Shown here one piece after another: positions 22,101 through 32,621 of a stretch of DNA of 32,621 nucleotides (the first letter of the stretch is position 1; the number at the start of each line of letters is the position of its first letter). This DNA is from Nemertoderma westbladi. Taxonomy: Eukaryota; Animalia; Xenacoelomorpha. A program made the translations under genes and the position numbers. The notes below the pieces were generated by a model that did not search any database, had not been told where the DNA came from, and saw nothing but the letters and a program-made list of their open reading frames with translations. The stretch is from the NCBI GenBank assembly GCA_032718475.1, contig JAUCBJ010000565.1, positions 1 through 32,621 of the forward strand. Direction: 5' to 3'.

Positions 22101-25100
22101 TCTCTTTCTAGCCCCATCAAACTCTTTCTAGCCCGTCAATCTCTTTCTAGCCCCATCAAACTCTTTCTAGCCCGTCAATCTCTTTCTAGCCCCATCAAAC
22201 TCTTTCTATCCCCATCAAACTCTTTCTAGCCCGTCAATCTCTTTCTATCCCCATCAAATTCTTTCTAACCCGTCAATCTCTTTCTAGCTCCATCAAACTC
22301 TTTCTAGCCCGTCAATCTCTTTCTATCCCCATCAAACTCTTTCTAACCCGTCAATCTCTTTCTAGCTCCATCAAACTCTTTCTAGCCCTTCAATCTCTTT
22401 CTCGCCCCATCAAACTCTTTCTAGCCCGTCAATCTCTTTCTAGCCCCATCAAACTCTTTCTAGCCCGTCAATTTCTTTCTATCCCCATCAAACTCTTTCT
22501 AGCCCGTCAATCTCTTTCTCGCCCCATCAAACTCTTTCTAGCCCGTCAATATCTTTCTAGCCCCATCATCATCAATCTCTTTCTATCCCCACCAATCTCT
22601 ATCAAGCCCGTCAATCTCTTTCTAGCCCGTCAATATCTTTCTAGCCCCATCATCATCAATCTCTTTCTATCCCCATCAATCTCTATCAAGCCCGTCAATA
22701 TCTTTCTAGCCCCATCAAACTCTTTCTAGCCCGTCAATTTCTTTCTCGCCCCATCAAACTCTTTCTAGCCCGTCAATATCTTTCTAGCCCCATCATCATC
22801 AATCTCTTTCTATCCCCATCAATCTCTTTCAAGCCCGTCAATCTCTTTCTAGCCCCATCAAACTCGTTCTAGCCCGTCAATCTCTTTCTAGCCCCATCAA
22901 ACTCTTTCCAGCCCGTCAATCTCTTTCTAGCCTCATCAAACTCTTTCTAGCACGTCAATTTCTTTCTATCCCCATCAAACTCTTTCTAGCCCGTCAATCT
23001 CTTTCTCGCCCCATCAAACTCTTTCTAGCCCGTCAATATCTTTCTAGCCCCATCATCATCAATCTCTTTCTATCCCCATCAATCTCTATCAAGCCCGTCA
23101 ATCTCTTTCTAGCCCGTCAATATCTTTCTAGCCCCATCATCATCAATCTCTTTCTATCCCCATCAATCTCTATCAAGCCCGTCAATATCTTTCTAGCCCC
23201 ATCAAACTCGTTCTAGCCCGTCAATCTCTTTCTAGCCCCATCAAACTCTTTCTAGTCCGTCAATCTCTTTCTATCCCCATCAAACTCTTTCTAGCCCGTC
23301 AATCTCTTTCTATCCCCATCAAACTCTTTCTAGCGCATCAATCTCTTTCTACTGGTGCCCCATCAAACTCTTTCTAGCCCGTCAATCTCTTTCTCGCCCC
23401 ATCAAACTCTTTCTAGCCCGTCAATCTCTTTCTATCCCCATCAAACTCTTTCTAGCGCATCAATCTCTTTCTACTGGTGCCCCATCAAACTCTTTCTAGC
23501 CCGTCAATATCTTTCTAGCCCCATCAAACTCTTTCTAGCCCGCCAATCTCTTTCTAGCCCCATCAAACTCTTTCTAGCCCCATCAAACTCTTTCTAGCCC
23601 GTCAATCTCTTTCTAGCCCCATCAAACTCTTTCTATCCCCGTCAAACTCATTTTATCCCCATCAAACTCTTTCTAGCGCATCAATCTCTTTCTACTGTAG
23701 CCCCATCAAACTCTTTCTAGCCCGTCAATCTCTTTCTAGCCCCATCAAACTCTTTCTAGCCCGTCAATCTATTTCTAGCCCCATCAAACTCTTTCTAGCG
23801 CATCAATCTCTTTCTACTGTAGCCCCATCAAACTCTTTCTAGCCCGTCAATCTCTTTCTAGCCCCATCAAACTCTTTCTAGCCCGTCAATCTCTTTTTAG
23901 CCCCATCAATATCTTTCTCGCCCCGTCAAACTCTTTCTAGCCCCGTCAAACTCTTTCTATCCCCATCAAACTCTTTCTAGCGCATCAATCTCTTTCTACT
24001 GTAGCCCCATCAAACTCTTTCTAGCCCGTCAATCTCTTTCTAGCCCCATCAAACTCTTTCTAGCCCGTCAATCTCTTTCTAGCCCCATCAAACTCTTTCT
24101 AGCCCGTCAATCTCTTTCTAGCCCCATCAAACTCTTTCTATCCCCGTCAAACTCTTTCTATCCCCATCAAACTCTTTCTAGCGCATCAATATCTTTCTAC
24201 TGTAGCCCCATCTAACTCTTTCTAGCCCGTGAATCACTTTCTAGCCCCGTCAAACTCTTTCTAGCCCCGTCAAACTCTTTCTATCCCCATCAAACTCTTT
24301 CTAGCGCATCAATCTCTTTCTACTGTAGCCCCATCAAACTCTTTCTAGCCCGTCAATCTCTTTCTAGCCCCATCAAACTCTTTCTAGCCCGTCAATCTCT
24401 TTCTAGCCCCATCAAACTCTTTCTAGCCCGTCAATCTCTTTCTAGCCCCATCAAACTCTTTCTATCCCCGTCAAACTCTTTCTATCCCCATCAAACTCTT
24501 TCTAGCGCATCAATATCTTTCTACTGTAGCCCCATCTAACTCTTTCTAGCCCGTGAATCACTTTCTCGCCCCATCAAACTCTTTCTATCCCCGTCAAACA
24601 CTTTCTATCCCCATCAAACTCTTTCTAGCGCATCAATCTCTTTCTACTGTAGCCCCATCAAACTCTTTCTAGCCCGTCAATCTCTTTCTAGCCCCATCTA
24701 ACTCTTTCTAGCCCGTCAATCTCTTTCTAGCCCCATCAAACTCTTTCTATCCCCGTCAAACTCTTTCTATACCCATCAAACTCTTTCTAGCGCATCAATC
24801 TCTTTCTACTGTAGCCCCATCATACTCTTTCTAGCCCGTCAATCTCTTTCTAGCCCCATCAAACTCTTTCTAGCCCGTCAATCTCTTTCTAGCCCCGTCA
24901 AACTCTTTCTAGCCCCGTCAAACTCTTTCTATCCCCATCAAACTCTTTCTAGCGCATCAATCTCTTTCTACTGTAGCCCCATCAAACTCTTTCTAGCCCG
25001 TCAATCTCTTTCTAGCCCCATCTAACTCTTTCTAGCCCGTGAATCACTTTCTAGCCCCATCAAACTCTTTCTAGCCCCGTCAAACTCTTTCTATCCTCAT

Positions 25101-27469
25101 CAAACTCTTTCTAGCCCATCAATCTCTTTCTACTGTAGCCCCATCAAACTCTTTCTAGCCCGTCAATCTCTTTCTAGCCCAATCAAACTCTTTCTAGCCC
25201 GTCAATCTCTTTCTAGCCCCATCAAATTCTTTCTAGCCCGTCAATCTCTTTCTAGCCCCATCAAACTCTTTCCATCCCCATCAAACTCTTTCTATCTCGT
25301 CAATCTCTTTCTAGCCCCATCAAACTCTTTCCAGCCCGTCAATCTCTTTCTAGCCTCATCAAACTCTTTCTAGCACGTAAATTTCTTTCTATTCCCATCA
25401 AACTCTTTCTAGCCCGTCAATCTCTTTCTCGCCACATCAAACTCTTTCTAGCCCGTCAATATCTTTCTAGCCCCATCATCATCAATCTCTTTCTATCCCC
25501 ATCAATCTCTTTCAAGCCCGTCAATCTCTTTCTAGCCCCATCAAACTCGTTCTAGCCCGTCAATCTCTTTCTAGCCCCATCAAACTCTTTCCAGCCCGTC
25601 AATCTCTTTCTAGCCTCATCAAACTCTTTCTAGCACGTCAATTTCTTTCTATCCCCATCAAACTCTTTCTAGCCCGTCAATCTCTTTCTCGCTCCATCAA
25701 ACTCTTTCTAGCCCGTCAATATCTTTCTAGCCCCATCATCATCAATCTCTTTCTATCCCCATCAATCTCTTTCAAGCCCGTCAATCTCTTTCTAGCCCCA
25801 TCAAACTCGTTCTAGCCCGTCAATCACTTTCTAGCCCCATCAAACTCTTTCTAGCCCCGTCAAACTCTTTCTATCCTCATCAAACTCTTTCTAGCCCATC
25901 AATCTCTTTCTACTGTAGCCCCATCAAACTCTTTCTAGCCCGTCAATCTCTTTCTAGCCCCATCAAACTCTTTCTAGCCCGTCAATCTCTTTCTAGCCCC
26001 ATCAAACTCTTTCTAGCCCGTCAATCTCTTTCTAGCCCCATCAAACTCTTTCCATCCCCATCAAACTCTTTCTATCTCGTCAATCTCTTTCTAGCCCCAT
26101 CAAACTCTTTCCAGCACGTCAATCTCTTTCTAGCCTCATCAAACTCTTTCTAGCACGTCAATTTCTTTCTATCCCCATCAAACTCTTTCTAGCCCGTCAA
26201 TCTCTTTCTAGCCCGTCAATATCTTTCTAGCCCCATCATCATCAATCTCTTTCTATCTTCATCAATCTCTTTCAAGCCCGTCAACCTTTTTCTAGCCCCA
26301 TCAAACTCGTTCTAGCCCGTCAATCTCTTTCTAGCCCCATCAAACTCGTTCTAGCCCGTCAATCTCTTTCTAGCCCCATCAAACTCTTTCTAACCCGTCA
26401 ATCTCTTTCTATCCTCATCAAACTCTTTCTAGCCCGTCAATCTCTTTCTATCCCCATCATCATCAATCTCTTTCTATCCCCATCAATCTCTTTCAAGCCC
26501 GTCAATCTCTTTCTAGCCCCATCAAACTCGTTCTAGCCCGTCAATCTCTTTCTAGCCCCATCAAACTCGTTCTAGCCCGTCAATCTCTTTCTAGCCCCAT
26601 CAAACTCTTTCTAACTCGTCAATCTCTTTCAAGCCCGCCAATCTCTTTCTAGCCCCATCAAACTCGTTCTAGCCCGTCAATCTCTTTCTAGCCCCATCAA
26701 ACTCGTTCTAGCCCGTCAATCTCTTTCTAGCCCCATCAAACTCTTTCTAACTCGTCAAACTTGTTCTAGCCCGTCAATCTCTTTCTCGCCCCATCAAACT
26801 CTTTCTAGCCCGTCAATATCTTTCTAGCCCCATCATCATCAATCTCTTTCTATCCCCATCAATCTCTTTCAAGCCCGTCAATCTCTTTCTAGCCCCATCA
26901 AACTCGTTCTAGCCCGTCAATCTCTTTCTAGCCCCATCAAACTCGTTCTAGCCCGTCAATCTCTTTCTAGCCCCATCAAACTCTTTCTAACCCGTCAATC
27001 TCTTTCTATCCTCATCAAACTCTTTCTAGCCCGTCAATCTCTTTCTATCCCCATCATCATCAATCTCTTTCTATCCCCATCAATCTCTTTCAAGCCCGTC
27101 AATCTCTTTCTAGCCCCATCAAACTCGTTCTAGCCCGTCAATCTCTTTCTAGCCCCATCAAACTCGTTCTAGCCCGTCAATCTCTTTCTAGCCCCATCAA
27201 ACTCTTTCTAACCCGTCAATCTCTTTCTATCCTCATCAAACTCTTTCTAGCCCGTCAATCTCTTTCTATCCCCATCATCATCAATCTCTTTCTATCCCCA
27301 TCAATCTCTTTCTATCCCCATCAATCTCTTTCAAGCCCGTCAATCTCTTTCTAGCCCCATCAAACTCGTTCTAGCCCGTCAATCTCTTTCTAGCCCCATC
27401 AAACTCGTTCTAGCCCGTCAATCTCTTTCTAGCCCCATCAAACTCTTTCTAACTCGTCAAACTCTTTCC
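13145..27469. repeat. 14.3-kb pyrimidine-rich satellite: alternating 19- and 20-bp monomers (39-bp dimer), roughly 730 monomers, with 3237- and 3260-bp higher-order duplications
   Basis: AAACTCTTTCTAGCCCGTC + AATCTCTTTCTAGCCCCATC. Rare marker CCCACCAATC at about 16091, 19328, 22588 and CGTCAAACAC at 13421 and 16658. Near-identical spurious ORFs at 20095 and 23355. Confidence 0.97.
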
Positions 27470-27776
27470 AAATTCTCGTCGCGGCACTCTTATTTAAACA
27501 ACGTCGTAATCTTTCAAGGCACGTCACACTCATTCACAGTAATAAACATAAAGGAAAAGAGTGCCACTTATAAAAGAAAGATGGCTGAGATTAGTACCGC
27601 GTTATACTGTTGTAACATTATGTACTGTAGGCCTACTGTGCCAGTAGCCTAATGTAGACCCATAGCCATTCCCATTGAACGGGTCTTATTTACTTAGTTT
27701 TCTCCACTCCATTAATTAATATCAACTTTATTACCACAATATCGAGTTTAGTACAATTTAGATAATTTCTTTATAG

Positions 27777-27912
27777 ATGTTTAAAGAAGATTATAACAGC
27801 CGATGATTCCGACTCCAGCGTGTCAGATAATTTGGATGAAAATGAAATGAAAACTATTGAAACTCGTGGAACTCAATCGGAAAACGATAAATTAAACCCA
27901 AATTCTCTATGA
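27777..27912 (+). CDS. SLC10-family transporter, probable terminal exon (acidic tail)
   Basis: Acceptor tttctttatag in phase 2, matching the 9938 donor. Encodes (R)CLKKIITADDSDSSVSDNLDENEMKTIETRGTQSENDKLNPNSL* followed by AATAAA at 28002-28007. Implies a 17.8-kb intron. Confidence 0.65.
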
Positions 27913-28289
27913 TCATCAACAGTGTCATTATCCTGTTTAGTTTATCTTCCATTTGGAACAGCAACACTTTGTAATCAGTTAAAGTGCAATTATTTGGGTT
28001 AAATAAATATAATTAGTATTATTTTAGAATTAGTGATAGTTTGAACTGATTGAGTTGACTCCAAATGACTCATATTATGTCACCACTAGTGATTTCATCC
28101 CTGGCCTTGGATTCGCATCTCTGGTTCCAGAATTCATGGTTTCGCGCGCCGCATGGGAAATTATCATTTGGCAATAAAATGGGAAGAATTTAGCTAGGAC
28201 TGATTCCGAAACGAGGGTTACACAATAGCGTATCGAAGATTGCACCATCGAAAATACATTACACATGTCATGAAAGTCATGAAATACGA

Positions 28290-28705
28290 GTGTGGTGCCC
28301 TCTATTTGGTTACAAATTACGAGTTATAAAAATTATTTAAGTTGGTAATTTTAATAGAATTATTATATTGTAGTGATTGATTACTGTTCCTCTGTTGTTA
28401 CGGTAGTTCAACACGTTCGTGGGGCGTCGGGCAGCACGCGAACTTTGGAAAAAAAATAAATTTGATCTTCTCCAGTCAAAAGTTCCAGAAGTATTTGACC
28501 GTAACTTTAAAAAATATTGCAACATTTTTCTTTAGTATGCCCATACAAAATTTGGTTGAAAATGGTTAAAATCCTCAAAAGTTATTTACGAGTGAATTTT
28601 TAATTACAGACGGACAGACAGACAGACGGACATGAAATTTTGCCCTATTTACTAATTAGAATTGTGCGCTCAGGCTCGCCTTTACTGAGTGGCTCGCCCC
28701 ACAAA
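28290..28705 (+). mobile_element. Probable Helentron-associated (HINE/DINE-1-like) non-autonomous element; boundaries approximate
   Basis: (CAGA/CGGA)n microsatellite at 28607-28632 followed by a GC-rich GCTCAGGCTCGCC...CTGAGTGGCTCGCCCC stem-loop-like end, the layout known for DINE-1/HINE elements. Confidence 0.4.
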
Positions 28706-29149
28706 CTTCGCAACAAATACATAATAGACACATAACCTAGGAGAATGGACTGCCGTTAGAGTGGAATCTAGTATCAGAACGACGGTCTCTTAATGTAGAT
28801 AACTGATGAGGCTGCATGCAACATATTTTTAGATGAAAATATTTTTTTCATAGGAAGGACTTCCTGAGAAAAAATGGCCCGTATTTTCGGCTGGCCCTAA
28901 GGACGTGCCTTGTATGCCTTAAAATCCGGCACTGGCTTGGGATTTCTTCATTTTTTCTTGTTATTCTTTATAGTCTTTTGTGTGCTGGATATTTAGTTCG
29001 TTAGCATTTAGAGTGGTTTCTCGTGGCACAGCGCTGGTACGAGGCGGTTTAACGTAGACTTGTGTAAGCTGAGAGTTATTTTCAAGTAGGAAGCTTTATT
29101 TTCTCCATGTTGTGGAAATCTTTTGGTTTCAGGTGCGGCCATATGAGAT

Positions 29150-29600
29150 GACTTGTTGACTGTTATAATGAAATGTCTCGTTTACGGCCAGCCTGCCTCC
29201 TCAGAGAAAAACCATAATTTCTGATTTCTTGTCGAGAATGTAAAGGATAAATAAGAATGGACACAATCCGTCCCCTTGTAGAACTCCATGGGTCTGTAGC
29301 CTACAATGTAGTCGGAGATACCGAGACCATCTGTAATTTGTATAAAGGTTGGACTGAGTATCCATGAGTAGGTCAGTGCGGGGGACAGAGTCAAGGGCTT
29401 TCGTAAAGTCGATTTGTCGAGTAGTGCAATACCACGGTAAGAGTCCTCTTGACCCCTTACCCTTATAGTCTATAAGGTTACTGAGAGCCATCTATAAGTT
29501 ATAGATGGTTCTCAGTAAGCTTGTCTCCCAAGCCGTGACTGCTGATCCACTGTGGGACATATTGAACAATATTGTTTTAAGTCTATCTTGTTTCCATTTT
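29150..29600 (-). pseudogene. Decayed non-LTR retrotransposon reverse transcriptase (family different from the RTE copies)
   Basis: Minus-strand fragments YKGKGS, IDFTKALDSVPR, GVLQGDGLCPFLFILYI, KSEIMVFL*GGRL with deletions, stop and frameshifts. The YADD region is missing. Confidence 0.75.
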
Positions 29601-30357
29601 AACGCGATTAAAACTAAAACCGCGATCCTGCAGGACATGACAAATTTACTTATTGTTTTGGTTAGAAATGACCGTAAACTGCACTTATCCCTCAAGTAGA
29701 GGTTTTGTTGTTTACTTACCAATAACTTTATAGACGTTAGACTTACTTACAAAATTTGGCATACAAGAAGGTAAACCATACTTATTTTATAGACATAAAA
29801 GTCGGACAAATAGCCATATTTAGTAAGTTAAACGCTGAAGACAGTAAAAATAAACATATTTCTACAATAGTGTGTTCCTTATCCTTATACTGCCATCATC
29901 ATGTATTTTGTATGCTGTAGGCGGGTAGTTTTGTTTCGCATATTAAAAAAGGAATCATTCAAAATTTATCATATTGAATTCAAGTAGAAATTAATGTATT
30001 TAATTAAATTCACCAAATAGGTATTCATACTAATACTAAATTATTAAAAAAATGCACAAGAATATATTATGACTTATTGAAATTGAGTTAACCCTTTCAC
30101 TACTATGGCATAACAGTTAGGTTACACCTACTGGACTATGGCCTAGGTGTTATGCCACGAAGCACTAGGAGCTCTATGGCCACCTAAACATGTCAGTATG
30201 ATAGCTGACACACCCATTACATGTTCAGTACTCTTCCTCATAACAAAATTAAGTGGTAATTTCAAATTTTAATTGGTTGTTTTGGTTTTTGGTAGGGCTG
30301 TAGGGCAATAAGTACTGTATAATGGAATATAAAGGCCTGCTGGTACTGGTAATAAAA

Positions 30358-30862
30358 TGTCTGTCAGTCTGTCTGTCAAAAAATAAGGAAGCATATTATG
30401 TAATCATAACATTCGCCATGGGGGTTTTCCAGGTCTCTGATTTCATTTCTGATGTCAGTTTTCACGCCTGGCTCGACTCACGACACACTGTGTGACAGAC
30501 AAACAGACAGACACAGACAGCCTAGAGTTGGTCAGTCGTAAAAAGTGATATCAAAAATGAAATCAGAGACCTAGAAAACCCCCATAGCGAATATTTTTTT
30601 ATCACATAATAATATGCTTCCTTATTTTTTGACAAACAGACTGACAGACATACATACAGACACAGACAGCCTACAGCTGGTCAGTCGTAAAAAGTGATAT
30701 CAGAAATGAAATCAGAGACCTAGAAAACCACCATAGCGAATGTTTTTTTTATTACATAATATGCTTCCTTATTTTTTACAAACAGTCTGACAGACAAACA
30801 GACATACATACAGACACAGTCAGCCTAGAGTTGGTCAGTCGTAAAAAAGGACATCAAAAATG
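30358..30862. repeat. ~150-bp tandem repeat (2+ copies) with (CAGA)n tracts plus one inverted ~110-bp copy; Helentron/DINE-like
   Basis: GTCAGTCGTAAAAA at 30531, 30680, 30834. 30358-30466 is the reverse complement of about 30538-30650. Confidence 0.85.
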
Positions 30863-31200
30863 AAAAAAAAATAATAAAATCGTTGCCGTTGGTTAGGCAC
30901 GCCCCATTCGCTGAGAGATTTCGTATTTTGAACGCAGTTCGATATGTGGCATAATGTTGCTAATTGGCCACAAAGCTGGCAGATGCAGTCACTGTTACGG
31001 GCGTGGGAGGTAGATGATGTACAAATCTGTAAATGGTAGCCATGCACTGAGAACCTAGTGAAGACGTGTCTGTTACGCTGAATTGGTTCAGGGCATTTCC
31101 TGTCCGTAAATGCAATAGAGTTCCAAAAAGCTTTCAAAAAGAGTTCCATGTTTAATCATAATGTAATTGGATAATATCTTGTGGTGCAGCACTTAATGGA
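30863..31200 (-). mobile_element. Probable 3' end of a non-LTR retrotransposon ORF2 (C-terminal Cys/His knuckle)
   Basis: RHVFTRFSVHGYH...CICQLCGQLATLCHISNC (CxxC...H...C) followed by a TTTTATTATTTTTTTT tail that truncates the third 150-bp repeat unit. Confidence 0.5.
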
Positions 31201-32621
31201 GGACTTTAACTGTCACGGGTAGGTGGCGCGAGCGCCTCATATCCTCAACTTTGGTGCTGCTACCGACCAAATTATGCTACGGCTATTATACTGTAAAAAT
31301 ACGCAATGATCGATTTAGTTGGAGGGTGAACGAACACATGTTAAATAGTCGGAGTACTTAGTCTGAGTAGAAAAATTTATCTGAACTATTTAATAGTTCA
31401 AGAGACAAAACATGAATGTGGATAGTCAACCCTAAATGCATAGTCATATCCACTAAAAATGCAAAAATACTAAATAAAATTCCAAGTTAACACATCGTTT
31501 CAACAATAGGGTGTATACCTTCATAACAGAAGATTAACTAGTTCTCGAGATATTGCACAACAGTGGGCTGGGTCAGTGACTTAACAACCATTGAGTTGAG
31601 AACAACGCCTTGTGCAATAACTGGAGCACCAGACCACTACTGTACTTATTTTGAGTGTCTACACCCACTAAATCGATAATTACGTTTCAAATCACTAAAA
31701 TAAACGTAGCAGAAGTTGCTCAATACCAAAATTGAGGTTATAGTTAAATAGTTAATACTGTAGTTAGCAATAGTAATTAAATCTTGCATTCAAGACGGTA
31801 AAATATACGTAATTTGTGTAAATTAGAAATCGAGCAATAAAAATATATTTAAAATTAGACGATAATTTACGATATAGACAAGACGGCAAAAACACATTAT
31901 TTTATAGTTTGTTAGACAGCCGTCATGGGAAATACATATTATTTGTTGTAAGTGAGATAGCCGTGTTAGTAAATAAATAAGTGTTTAAACGGGATTAAAT
32001 TCCTAAAAGTTAATAATATGTGTGTCGGGTTTTGTGTAACACTCACTTTATCTCCCACTTCTGAAGTATTAGTAAGATAAAGTTATATTAAAATTATACT
32101 GACATCAAAATGCGATAAAATCAAATCACTTCCGTTTGTTCTGCTGGAACTTTTTATTTTATCAGATATTCTATAAATTTACTTCACTATTTATACTCCC
32201 GTTCCAAAAAATTCGGGATCGGGACCGGGATTGCATTGTTCGCCGGGATGAGCCCGGTTTTTCGGGATCCTGTTTAAACTCTAAGATAAATACTATGTAT
32301 ACAATTATGTATTTACCTTATTATTGTTATTATAATTATAGTATGTATATTATTTGTAGGAGTTAGATAGCTGTGGTGGTAAGATTTCTACGGTTATTGG
32401 CCGGTGCGTAAATGAAACGAACTTGCAATCAATTCTTAAATCAATTAAACCTCTCACCGGTAATCTGTACGGTGTAAGTAATTATACGAAAATTAAATAA
32501 CTTAAATCAATAATAACATTAATGTTCAGATATATTTTAATTGTTGAAGTTCCCACTTAGTGGTTAAACACGTTGCCTTCACAGGTCGCAGGTCTGCCTT
32601 GCATCCTTGAATGGTATAGAA

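Noticed and set aside
13118-23597. ORFs 13118-13378, 20095-20337, 23355-23597 as repetitive proteins
   Set aside because: Chance stop-free stretches of the satellite.
28803-28840. Hammerhead-like CTGATGAG...GAAA
   Set aside because: No stem II pairing adjacent to GAAA and no convincing stems I or III.
29178-29206. Hammerhead-like CUGAGGA-GGC..GCC-GUAAAC on the minus strand
   Set aside because: Core is imperfect and the sequence is explained as RT coding (VFL*GGRLAVNE).
28850-32285. Isolated hAT-MITE-like ends (AAATCCGGCACTG at about 28934, CGGGAT cluster at 32216-32270)
   Set aside because: No partner TIR or TSD found, so they cannot be delimited as elements.

Overview
AT-rich, repeat-dense animal (probably invertebrate) genomic DNA, not prokaryotic. 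The backbone is the 3' part of a + strand SLC10-family Na+/bile-acid cotransporter-like gene: five phase-compatible coding exons at 2589-2806, 8970-9109, 9384-9532, 9785-9938 and 27777-27912, with the 5' exons outside the window. An intronless RIIAD1-like ciliary gene with an RFX X-box lies antisense in one of its introns. The introns hold nested mobile DNA: three copies of an RTE-type LINE (two each interrupted by a related solo LTR with a 5-bp TSD, one flanked by an apparent ~215-bp duplication), tRNA-derived Nin/Deu-core SINEs, a 2.1-kb element with ~320-bp TIRs inside an older TIR element, a 37-bp satellite, several minisatellites, and a 14.3-kb 19/20-bp satellite with 3.2-kb higher-order duplications. 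That satellite looks like the expanded arm of a foldback element, carries amplified Tc1/mariner-type footprints and presents hundreds of decoy 3' splice sites. Downstream are decayed LINE and Helentron/DINE-like remnants. All calls are from reading the sequence by eye; no searches were run.
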